From: Pseudogymnoascus verrucosus
Taxonomy: Eukaryota
Length of the DNA stretch: 26,544 bases
Assembly (NCBI GenBank): GCA_001662655.1
Contig: KV460272.1
Reading direction: 5' to 3' (one strand)
Positions 11,060-21,032 of this stretch are shown piece by piece. The notes beneath the pieces were generated by a model, which was not told where the DNA came from, did not search any database, and worked only from the letters and a program-made list of their open reading frames with translations. The translations under genes and the position numbers were made by a program. The number at the start of each line of letters is the position of its first letter. Positions within the stretch are counted from its first letter, which is position 1.

Positions 11060-12781
11060 ATGAACATCCAACAACCATATAGTCGTGCTCAAACTGAAGA
11101 CAACATCCAAAAGGCTATTATTGCGCTCCAATTGAAGGAATTCAAATCAATCAGACTTGCTGCAGACCACTTTGAAGTTCCTAAGTCAACTCTTGCTGAT
11201 AGGATGTCTAGGAAGAAAACGCGCGCTGTAGCTCACGAAATTGAACAAGCTCTCTCAAACGCGGAAGAAAATACACTGGCACGATGGATTACGCGTCTTA
11301 CTGCTACGGGTTTTCCTGCAACTCCTATGTTGATCAAGGAAATGGCTGAAGAAGTTCGCGCACGACGCGTCCAAATCGCGTCTTCTCAAACTACCCTTCG
11401 GACCAATCCTACCCCCATAGGCCATGAATGGATCTATAGATTCTTAAAACGACATCCGAACTTTAAAGGAGTCTACTCAAGACAACTAGAGTCTGCACGA
11501 CATAAAGAGGCCACTCCTATAAAGATTTCAGCTTGGTTTAACGCGTTTAAAGCACGAATTGAAGAGCGAAAGTACAAGCCATGCAACATCTACAATATGG
11601 ACGAGACAGGTTTTGCAGTTGGAGAGACTCAATCCACGCGTATAATTGTTGATTCTACCTTGAAATCTAATTGGAAGGTCACAGCTGGGAAGCAGGAGTG
11701 GATAACTGTACTTGAATGCATTAATGCAGATGGTGGTGCTTTACCACCTATGATTATATTTAAGGCTAAGAATACTAATTCAAGTTGGATTCCAAAGGAC
11801 ACGCCTACAAACTGGCACTTCTCAACAAGTAATAGCGGCTGGACTTCAAACAGTCATGGATTTGAGTGGTTACGGAAGGTATTTGAGCCTGAGTCACGCA
11901 AAAAGTCTGGAAATCATCCGCGAATGTTGATTATGGATGGCCATTCTAGTCACATTACTGGCGATATGATTGCACTGTGCATTGAGAATGACATCGACCT
12001 TCTTATTCTACCGCCTCATTGCTCTCATCTACTCCAACCACTTGATGTCGGGGTATATGGACCTCTTAAGCGATTTCATGCGCAGGAAGTAGATCGGTAT
12101 ACTCGAGCAGGAATAAAGCGAATTCAGCGCCACCACTGGGTTGAAATCTTCCAGTGTATTCGAGAGAAGGGTCTTATACCCCAAAACATCAGAAGTGGGT
12201 GGAGGGCGGCGGGTTTAATACCCTTTCTCCCAGAAAGAGTTCTGGCTAACCTCCCACTTCAACCAACTAAACCACCTCGCACTCCTCAAAACTCAACCAA
12301 TGTCACTACTCTGGATCTCTCAATACTCCGAAGTTCTCCTCCAGATGGAACTGAACTAAGGCATGCAAACTCAGTATTTAATTCAAGTATAGCAACTTGT
12401 GACTCTCCTGCTTCACCAACTCGACGCTATGCTAAGAGAATGACTAGGCTGGTTGAAAGTCAGAATGCTGAACTCAGCATCCTTCGGAAGGAGCTGAAAG
12501 AGTACAAAGAGATACTTGAGACGCAAAAGAAGAGAACTACGGGCAAGAGAATTAAGCTGCAAGGCGAATTTGTATTCAGTACTGAGGAAGTGTTGAAAAT
12601 TGTCCGGGAGGCAGAGTTGAAGTCAACCGAGAAAAGACCACGTGGAAGGCCACGCAAACGACTAATTGAAGAAGTAGACGAGGAAGTTGAAGAGGAAGAG
12701 GTAGAGAATGATTCAAGCGACTCAGAATTGGAATTGGAGGAGTGTGTGGCACGTAGGACTAGGTCAACTAGAGTAGAATAA
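11060..12781 (+). CDS. Pogo/Fot1 transposase (psq-type HTH, CENP-B-type HTH, DDE_1), 573 aa
   Basis: AADHFEVPKSTLADR HTH; LSNAEENTLARWI; catalytic YNMDETG, LIMDGHSSH, LQPLDVG; C-terminal RPRGRPRK and acidic tail. Uninterrupted ORF. Confidence 0.96.
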   Translation: MNIQQPYSRAQTEDNIQKAIIALQLKEFKSIRLAADHFEVPKSTLADRMSRKKTRAVAHEIEQALSNAEENTLARWITRLTATGFPATPMLIKEMAEEVRARRVQIASSQTTLRTNPTPIGHEWIYRFLKRHPNFKGVYSRQLESARHKEATPIKISAWFNAFKARIEERKYKPCNIYNMDETGFAVGETQSTRIIVDSTLKSNWKVTAGKQEWITVLECINADGGALPPMIIFKAKNTNSSWIPKDTPTNWHFSTSNSGWTSNSHGFEWLRKVFEPESRKKSGNHPRMLIMDGHSSHITGDMIALCIENDIDLLILPPHCSHLLQPLDVGVYGPLKRFHAQEVDRYTRAGIKRIQRHHWVEIFQCIREKGLIPQNIRSGWRAAGLIPFLPERVLANLPLQPTKPPRTPQNSTNVTTLDLSILRSSPPDGTELRHANSVFNSSIATCDSPASPTRRYAKRMTRLVESQNAELSILRKELKEYKEILETQKKRTTGKRIKLQGEFVFSTEEVLKIVREAELKSTEKRPRGRPRKRLIEEVDEEVEEEEVENDSSDSELELEECVARRTRSTRVE

Positions 12782-12783
12782 AC

Positions 12784-12829
12784 TTTTTGTCCGACTACCC
12801 CATATGTCCGACTTCCCCATACGTTACGT
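12784..12829 (-). repeat. Right TIR
   Basis: Exact reverse complement of 10976-11021. Confidence 0.97.
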
Positions 12830-13211
12830 TATCTCAAAATTAAAATGCTGTCCCCCTGTGCCTATGTTCGAGTAGTTAGGATCCGCGGGTAAATTGCCAG
12901 TAAGCCCTTCTCACCTTTAACGGGCGGAAAGGGATATGGACTGGCGGAATATAGAAAATAGGACTCGGTTTCTCATCCGCTCCGAGGAGGGTGAGATTGA
13001 GATTTGGCCCTTAAATTTTTCCATATGAGAAGATGGGGCATCGTGAGAAGGCCCAATAGCACAAACAGACTAGCTCTATCTCTTGCTTTTTGTTGATAAG
13101 AGTTGGTTTATAATACCCTGAGTGGTATGCAAGTACATTAACTGCTGTTGAAAACGGCGCCGGATGGGGGAGGTAGGCCGCCTCTTGCCACCGTTGATCC
13201 GGCTCACCGGC

Positions 13212-13550
13212 CACGTGTAATCCACACACTATCACTAAACCCTGATTCTACCTCACTGCATTCGCAAAGAACAAGGAATAAGTTATAAACTCTTAGCGGA
13301 GCCGACACAATGCCCAATTCCATTCAATACAGAGTGGCACGTGACAGTTACACCCGTATCCCACTGTAACGCCACAGTGGATATTTTACTTCAAGCTGCC
13401 ATGATCTCTTAACGTTCAAGTCTTTATGACAGAAACTGGCCTGAGAGGCGCCTCCGAAGCCTTGGTATAAAGTTTATAACATAAATCAATCGCGCGGCAA
13501 ACTCTTGGATTTGCCACTTCCTTGGTCGTCAATGCGGCGGGTCACGTGAC
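13212..13550. promoter_or_regulatory. Three CACGTG E-boxes upstream of the small protein gene
   Basis: CACGTG at 13212-13217 and 13338-13343; palindrome GTCACGTGAC at 13541-13550. Confidence 0.5.
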
Positions 13551-13857
13551 TCACACTATATCTATACCGACGACAGCCGAGATCACGATTTTCACCTGTA
13601 AACGTTCACTCTTACCTCTACCTTGCCACTTACTCTCCACTCCAGTAAGACTTGCCTATTGAACGTAGCCCAACCTATTCATACTCATCATTTAGCAGGC
13701 TCCTATCACATCTAATCTTCTGTGAAGGAGGGATTTTACACGTTGCTCACCGCCACGAAAAAGAGACCCCGCACCTGACCTCCCCGCCAACAACCCATCC
13801 GCCCTCCAAAGCGGCTGCGTGAACTCCCATTCCATGTTTGCCTGAGCCGCCGCAAAG

Positions 13858-14082
13858 ATGATGATCACACGTGGCTTCTCACTCACCAATTTCGCCATTG
13901 GCACCTCGGCGCTGTGCTTCCAGATCTTCGTCCTGTACCCGTGGCACCAGCAGCTCGATGACGACTTCAAGGAGCTGAAGAAGGAGCACCTGCGCGTGCT
14001 GCATGGAGGAGAGAAGGCCCGCATGGCCGAGCTGAAGGAGATCAGAGAGGGACTGAGCATCTTGAACAAGAAATCTACCTGA
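13858..14082 (+). CDS. Small single-transmembrane plus coiled-coil protein (74 aa)
   Basis: Strong C/G-ending codon bias, GCAAAGATG start context, hydrophobic FAIGTSALCFQIFVLYPWH then a charged helix. I recall the FQxFVLYPWH motif from a conserved small fungal protein family (not verified here). Confidence 0.8.
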   Translation: MMITRGFSLTNFAIGTSALCFQIFVLYPWHQQLDDDFKELKKEHLRVLHGGEKARMAELKEIREGLSILNKKST

Positions 14083-14995
14083 AATGGATATGGTTTCTTC
14101 GTCAGCGATCTTTCGTTTCTACTCCCCCCCGCGCTCGTGACGCGTCGCTGATCTTTCAGAGGTGGAATTCTTCGCTAGAGATGCAACAAGAAACGGCGCC
14201 CGGTTTTCGGTGGTGATATATCCGGTTCTAAACTAGACTTCTCATAGAGCATAGAACATGGCAACAATTACCTTATGCGGAATTGGTCTTGAGTGGTTCG
14301 TGATGTGTTATTTAAAAGCCATGGTTTGGTGCATAGAAGATACATGAGCTATGGGAGTAATCCATGGGAGAAGCCCACACCGAGAGCAGAAGGCGGGGAA
14401 GCGTCTGAGAAAGTGCTGAGTGGGATTTTGCAGCGAGTCCGGCATTGTTATTCACTTGGTGTTTTGCGATTGGAACTGAACTTATCTCTTAAATATAAAT
14501 GCGATGCCAACCTCTCCTAGATCTATATCTATCATTCTATATATGCGTGTGTTTTGGCACATTGGGATTTGTGAAGTTGTCTGATCCAATTAACATATAT
14601 ATATGATCGCCCCTTCGCTCCTTCCCCCTCTCCCCTCAACCTTGCCCGTTTGCTCCTTTCTTCTCGCTCTCTATCCCTCGCTCTTTCCCCCCTTGCTCTC
14701 CTCCGGTTGCTCCTTCCATATCGTCCCATCTCCATCGCTCCTTCCTATCCCCACTCTTTCCCTGTTGCCCTCTTCACTCTCGCTCTTTCTCTCTCGAGCT
14801 TCCCTTTTGCGCCTTCTGCTACCCCACCCCACTCTTGCGAAGTTGCGACGCAAGCGAGACATAAGCATATTCTTCCCTAAAGGTATGAAAAGGGGCTAGG
14901 CACAACAGTGTCAATATGGCCAGTAACCCCTTGCAGACCTCACCCGGCCACTTCGAGTGTTTACATAAGCTATGCCGATTGTCCGATACTGAAGC

Positions 14996-16678
14996 CTAGC
15001 TTGACATCCGGAATTTACGCACAGGTTTGCTTAGATTGACACATCCCTCGCAGAGATCTTGATATCTGCGATATCTTGGCGTATGATCCAATATATCAAT
15101 TACCCACCCCCTCATCCCCGTCTCCCCTATTTCACCTTCCTCAATAGAAATGCGTTTTTCAGTAATAAAGACTTCCTCATGTAGGCCACTCAACCTATCC
15201 GCTTTATGCAGGTACTTACTATGCGCTGGCCCATCCATCCACGACGGATCCAACCAGTCCTCGGCCGACTTTGGATCCATGGTAAATGGTCTGTTAGGAC
15301 TACGATAATCCCCTCCTAATTGTAGTGCGGGGTTAAACTCATTATCGAATCCGAACTTCAACACCTCCCAATTCTTCTCATCGCGGGCCCATGTTATCAT
15401 CCCCACTGTGCCGTTCTTCCCAACTGGAAGTTCCAGCAAGCGCTTTTCATCATCCCAGGCAACCTGTGTTGTCGCCAGGTCAACTGTCGACAACGATACC
15501 TGCTCACTCTCTGTCTTTGTCACCGTATGGATCGGTGATGAGAAATTCCGGAGGTGGAATCCATAAAAGCGTTGCGGTTCCAGGGTCATTCCCCACAGAT
15601 GCTGCTGCACAAATACATTCCTATACATCAACTTCTCCGCCAGCTCCTCCCTGAAAACAAACCTATCGTCTCCCTCAAGTGCAACACGCGCGTGCTGGTC
15701 GGCTTGTGGAAGAAGCCGCAGAAAAATCCCAACGCGACTGTCCGGCACTCCGGCACGCTCGCAGTCCAGCACCGCGAGATATGTCTCCATAGCCCACGGC
15801 AGCATGGGGAGCTGGATCGACAGTCCCAGGTTTGTGACAGTGTACGGGGTCTTGTTCCAACGCTCACGTGTAACGACGATGTCTGCGCACCCCACGAAGT
15901 CGGCTGGGGACCGAGCGAGCAGACCCCGTGCGCCGGGTTCGTTGGAACTCCATGCAAACAGCGAGTGATCTGCGGAGTGCTTCATTATCTCCTCTTGTAG
16001 GCGGATGAAGGCTCGCTGGCCCTCGCCGTATAGCATTGGCATGTTGACCCCGAAGAGCCCGAACAGACAGTACGCGGTGTCCTCTGGCACCGTCGTCTCG
16101 CGCCCCGCGGCCCAGGACATGCGCCGCGCAATACTAAACGCCGCCAGGTCACCACCATTGAGTGCATCCATGTCAATTCCTGTCTTGGCCACAATGGCTG
16201 TGGCCAGCGTCGCCTTCGTCCCGATCTTGTGCCACGACACATTGTAGAATTCCACCTTCGACGGGGCTAGAAGCTCCTGCAGCGTCCATCCCCGCGAGAA
16301 CCACGCACTATTTGCAAACACCGCCGCGCCCGCATCTGCCTCCACATCTTCATCCTCGACGTCCGATAGAAAGGCATAGCACACCACCGCCTCGCGGTAC
16401 CACCGGTACATAGAGTTGATAGCCACCGAGAGCTCAGCGCTACTAGTCTTGTCGATGCAGCACGTATCCGCCCAGGCGTAGCCTAGCCTGTCGCGAGCTG
16501 CCAATGCGCATGCTTGCACAATCTTCACATAGCCAGGCCGTTCAACGGCTGTGCCGTTTTGCATTTCTTGGAGAGAGACCTCCCCATCCTGCCAGCGATG
16601 GGAGAGGACTGCGTAGGGGGGTTCGTGGCCATCGAAAAATATTTCCATGCCGAGAGTGGTGGTGTTTATGAGACGCAT
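14996..16678 (-). CDS. HET-domain (heterokaryon incompatibility) protein, 560 aa
   Basis: HET motifs MRLINT, PYAVLSHRW, WADTCCIDKTSSAELS.AINSMYRWY, WFSRGWTLQELLAP, RMSWAAGRETT..ED.AYCLFGLFGVNMPMLYGEG..AF.RLQEEI. A terminal intron cannot be excluded. Confidence 0.93.
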   Translation of the reverse strand: MRLINTTTLGMEIFFDGHEPPYAVLSHRWQDGEVSLQEMQNGTAVERPGYVKIVQACALAARDRLGYAWADTCCIDKTSSAELSVAINSMYRWYREAVVCYAFLSDVEDEDVEADAGAAVFANSAWFSRGWTLQELLAPSKVEFYNVSWHKIGTKATLATAIVAKTGIDMDALNGGDLAAFSIARRMSWAAGRETTVPEDTAYCLFGLFGVNMPMLYGEGQRAFIRLQEEIMKHSADHSLFAWSSNEPGARGLLARSPADFVGCADIVVTRERWNKTPYTVTNLGLSIQLPMLPWAMETYLAVLDCERAGVPDSRVGIFLRLLPQADQHARVALEGDDRFVFREELAEKLMYRNVFVQQHLWGMTLEPQRFYGFHLRNFSSPIHTVTKTESEQVSLSTVDLATTQVAWDDEKRLLELPVGKNGTVGMITWARDEKNWEVLKFGFDNEFNPALQLGGDYRSPNRPFTMDPKSAEDWLDPSWMDGPAHSKYLHKADRLSGLHEEVFITEKRISIEEGEIGETGMRGWVIDILDHTPRYRRYQDLCEGCVNLSKPVRKFRMSS

Positions 16679-16990
16679 TGTGCGAGTTAGGGCACACGAG
16701 GCGTGCGTAGAGAAGATAATTATATTTTTACTGGTAGTGGGAGTCTGAAGTTATTCGCGGTTATATTTGAGGAAACTAGTAATCGCGGTGGAAATGTTAC
16801 TCCGCTGCATCGCTTGAAGACAAGGAAGGCCGTGCCCGCATTAACTCTTGCTGAATGATCATCAAGAACATCGTGCTTAACGCGAAGTGTTTATGTACTG
16901 TATTATATATATATCATGGGTATTGTAGGCTCACATCTCAGTATATGTACAAAAGATCCCCCCCCAACAATTCGATACGCTATTCCCTTA

Positions 16991-18558
16991 TCACCTCACC
17001 TTTGGATTTAACCAAACTCTTAACTCATGAGATCCCTTCATGAAACTTTCTCCAAAGCTTTTGATAATTTTCCATAGCTGTCTTGGGATGAAAATAATTA
17101 CCCAGCCAAGTGCGAACACAAAGTACCAGAGGATCTTACCAGCCGTCCCAAACAGTGCTTTCAACACTTTGTAGGATGTTTTGCCGCCGGTTTTTATCCA
17201 AGATAGGATTATTTTCGGGAAGGTCATAAATATCGCCTTTAGGACCTCGACAAAACCATTCCAAACATCAGTCAGCGTAACCCTCCGAAGAAATGATATG
17301 ACGGCCTCCACCACTGTTGACAAGAGCGAGACTATCTTCAAGATGACATTCCAAACTGCCTTCGCGGAAGAGGTAATGATGCTTGAGATCCATCGTGCTA
17401 GGATACCAAAGGCCCTCGGTAATCTTTCAGAGACTAGTTTCCACAACCAAATCGAAAACTTTTTGATCCATCGTGGCAGGGTCTTGGTTCCAAAGTCCCA
17501 ACAATCCCCGGGGATTTTTGCCAAACTCTTACCAACCCTCTTCCCAAATCGTGCAACCCTTCCCGGTAGATTGAGTAGTTGGTGCTTGCACCATGGACCG
17601 AAATCTTTTCGGTTTTTCCAGCACCACGCACAGCCCTTCATAATCGGCTTGACAATCGTATTCTTTGGGATGTCCCACAAAATGAACTTGGGGACAGACC
17701 AACAGAAGAACTTCAGAAAGTCAAGAATCCTTACCACAGCCTTTGTAGCGCGCCGCAGTGATTTCCGGTGTGCGTGCTTCCATCTTCGGAAGCCTCCCGA
17801 TCTCCGTGTTGGTAGGTAATCAACGACCTCGTGATGTCTATTCTCAGCTGCTAGGCGCAGGGCGGTTTGACCGTCAGGGGCCACGATGGAGTCATCGCAA
17901 TGGTAAGTTTCCATTAGGAGTTTCACAAGCACAAGATGACCCAATGATGCTGCATGTTGGAGCGGGGTACGAAAGACGTGTACAGTTCCCTGGAAACTAT
18001 CATAGTATGTGGACTGAAAAGTGTTAGACAAGCCTATTAAAGGAAAACAACAATTCAACTTACAACAGAACCTAGCGCATCTTTTTCTGCTCCCAAATCA
18101 AGGAGCTGCTTCACTATCCGCACATTTGTTTTTGCCACTGCACGTAGTAATGGAGTCTCTTCGGCCAGCTTCGTATTCGGCGTAACAATGCCATTTTCGA
18201 TCAAGAACGCAATCACATCGCCCTTTCCCAGATTAATTCCCATAAACAGACTTGATGCGACAAAGGCATTTTCTTTTGCATCCCTCTCATCCCAGGGTTT
18301 AGTCGAGGGGGGGTAAATCTGGATATATTGGCGCCAAGTCTCCAAGTCCCACGTTATATCGTCGCGGCTTAAAGGTGCAGTACTGTTCCTTCGAGCCAAG
18401 ATAATGCTCTCAAGGCCAGAAATTTCTCGGAAGTATCCAGGTAGAGGTTCTGTTCCAGGATCATATTCAGGCGGTGTCGGTTCTGTCCCAGGCTCATACT
18501 CGGGTGGCGAAGGCTCCTGTGATTCTTCCACTACCCCATGGTTTGTGTCGGAACTCAT
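16991..18558 (-). CDS. Ankyrin-repeat protein with long Trp/Lys-rich amphipathic C-terminus; exons 18558-18064, 18013-16991 (505 aa)
   Basis: Ankyrin motifs ETPLLRAV..VKQLLDLGA, RTPLQHAASLGHLVLVKLL, GQTALRLAAENRHHEVVDYL. A 50-nt phase-0 intron GTAAGT...TCTAAC...TTTTCAG joins the two ORFs. Confidence 0.88.
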
Positions 18559-20010
18559 TTTGTATCGGGTATTGTGATGTTATGGGGGAATTAAGAAAAT
18601 GGTTGCCCATGACGAATTCTCCTCTTCTTATCATCGTGAAGCTGGATTTGCATGTGAAATGGGCGAGGTTGAACTCACAGGGCTGAGTTTTCATGGCGGT
18701 GGCTGGTGTAAGATATGGCGTTTCTTGGCTTGGTTGCTGCCTGTTATCGGCCACCAAATTGCTTGTGCCGCCTAAAACTTCCCGAAGGGACCGTGCATAG
18801 TGAGAAGTTGATAGCAAATATTCGATTTCAAAGTTGCTGGTTGATAAAACATAAAATAAAATAAAGTAAACTCGATAATTATAACCCTGAGAAGTTAAAG
18901 GCTCCCTCTTTCTCTATATTCGCTGTAAATATTCAAAGCTTTAATGGGGACCATGGGCTGTTTCTGACCCTTACCTGTGTTGTGCGCAGTCACATTTTCA
19001 AACTGTGGGACGGCATGGCAAGTTAACAACAAGGTCTTCAGCCACAGGCATCAGCCCCATTTGAGTCAGGCCGCGCTATGCCATCATCAACTTTGAAGTG
19101 GTGGGAGGGAAAACCGTGACGTTGGATGCCCATGGGTGAGCTAGTATCCAAGTAACTGGGACAGGGAAGAAGGGACATCTGAATTGAAGCGACGACAAAA
19201 AGCGCACGCAAAGATTGCACACCAGAATGCCCGCCCATTGTCGCGTTTTAGTCAGCTTCATGCCCAACACTCAAATGGCAAGTTGCCATCGCAAAGAGGG
19301 CAAGGCGCGGTCATTAAAAACCCCGATTCTCTGCCCAGTCTCCCCGCCGTTCCTGCCTCACCTATTCCAATGGTGGAGTACTAAGCTAAGCTTAACTTGT
19401 CACCCGCGGCTTGGTACCTATCATCCCTGAACTATGTGCATAAGCCTGCCTGGGCCCTCTCAACTGATTCCCCGTCTTGGCCTTATGACAGATGAGACGC
19501 TGCTGGTGCACTATTGACTATAAACTATGGCAGCACGCTTCACCAAACTGGAAACTAGATATGCGCGCGCAAATGCGATGGTAGGATATGTGCATCCGCG
19601 TTGGGCGCTGGCGGTTTTCAAGCTCATGGAACTGGGCGCTGTGACGAATGGAAAGGGCTAGCATGGAACGTTGTTTGTAAGGATTTGGCTCCTACAGAAA
19701 CACGACGCAAGTTGATAGTCGGGATGGCGATCCTACAAGAACGGTATTTATCCAAAGTCCCAATCAGAGGTAGGCCAGGGATGTGCCTTTAGATTTTTAG
19801 AATGCGGGTGCTAAGACAAACTATAACCCCGATCTCTGAGCATAATATTGATAGCGGGGTCCTTTGGCTGACAGGCCGGATTCAAGTGGTATAAAAACTC
19901 TCTTATCTCTCATATTATGTTTGTTGGGCTGGAGATCAGGAACCCTCTCGACACCATCTTTGCATTGACTCGCCCAACTGCCACGAAAATTCGAAGGCAG
20001 TTTTTCAACC

Positions 20011-20502
20011 ATGTTCACTTTAAAGAATTCCCTTGTGGCAATGCTCGCCTTGGGTGGAGTCGTCACGGTAGTGCCCCTCGATGACCCTGTAAGTGTAAGC
20101 GTCATCATCGACGCCAGCGATGTGAACGTGATCTCTGAGAGAAGTGGTTGCAGCCAGGGCGCCTGCCCTGATAACAATGCTAGCTTTGACTTCATGATGT
20201 AGTTCGAGCAGGACGAGAGCATGGACTACAACCTCGCATGGTTCATCTACAAGATCCGCGTCAACGACTGCGGATAACGCGTCTCTACCACGTCTAACTA
20301 AGATGGGTGTGCCGACTTCACGTCATGCGGACGGCAGCAGAGCATCTGTGTCGACAAGGCAAATAGGAGGTCTCATCGTATTTGGAAGGATCTCAACCAT
20401 AAGACTTGCTATGCTGACACTGGAACGATCTGGGGTGCATGTGGGTTTGCCAGAGAGACAGACTTGTACTGGCCCGTCAACGAGGTCGCTTGCAACTGGT
20501 AA
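20011..20502 (+). pseudogene. Small secreted cysteine-rich protein gene with three in-frame stops (163 codons)
   Basis: Signal-peptide-like MFTLKNSLVAMLALGGVVT; the same frame continues through TAG 20200, TAA 20275 and TAA 20299 as ...DGCADFTSCGRQQSICVDKANRRSHRIWKDLNHKTCY...WPVNEVACNW-stop. TATAAAA at 19890. Confidence 0.8.
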
Positions 20503-21032
20503 ACCGACGTCTAATTTGGTGGGTGGACCGATCATAAGGGTGCGGTCTGTCTCAAGTGGACTTCAGAATGACTGGAGGCCCGGACGACGCCCGAAGGCGT
20601 GGGCCGAGAGGGAACGTGGCGACAGCATTGCAGTAAGCGTGAACGGATTGTACATGGTTTCTGCACAGATTCCCTATGCTGTGCTATAGTAATTACATTC
20701 TACACCCGTGTTTTGGCTGGGATTATGGTGGCTTGGGTGCCTGAAGATTGTCATCCCCTTAAAGACGCCTCGATCCTACCCTCTTCTCGTATTCGCCTTA
20801 CGAAAGCTATTGGGCCCATGTAGGCTTTCTAAGGCTCTGTTTCTTACATCGCGGCTTGGTCCTGCAATAAATCAATTAGATCAAGAACAGTAGATAGTTG
20901 GGGAGGGAACTCTACTGACCTTGGTTGCTTTCCAACTAGGGCTATGTGTGCCAGGTCTCTGAAATGGCCCGGCTTTGCCTTGCCATACATTCCCCTCAAG
21001 TTGGCTAGGCATAGAAGTACTCGGTCGAAATA

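Larger units (their letters stand above)
10976..12829 (+). mobile_element. Complete Fot1/pogo-family (Tc1/mariner superfamily) DNA transposon, 1854 bp
   Basis: Perfect 46-bp TIRs (10976-11021, 12784-12829) starting ACGT; TA target duplication at 10974-10975 and 12830-12831; single transposase ORF inside. Confidence 0.97.

Noticed and set aside
13858..14082. Mitochondrial carrier label that I recall being attached to similar proteins
   Set aside because: 74 aa with one TM segment and no carrier repeats cannot be a carrier-family transporter.
14532..14899. R/E-rich and L/S/P-rich ORFs
   Set aside because: Products of a CT/GA-rich low-complexity tract downstream of the HET gene.
17181..17819. 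212-aa plus-strand ORF
   Set aside because: Antisense to the ankyrin gene exon 2.
18600..19900. Several 60-107 aa ORFs
   Set aside because: No motifs or consistent exon structure found.
20200..20301. Stop-codon reassignment or readthrough as the reason for in-frame TAA/TAG
   Set aside because: Intact genes in the window end with TAA and TAG normally, so mutation is the simpler explanation.
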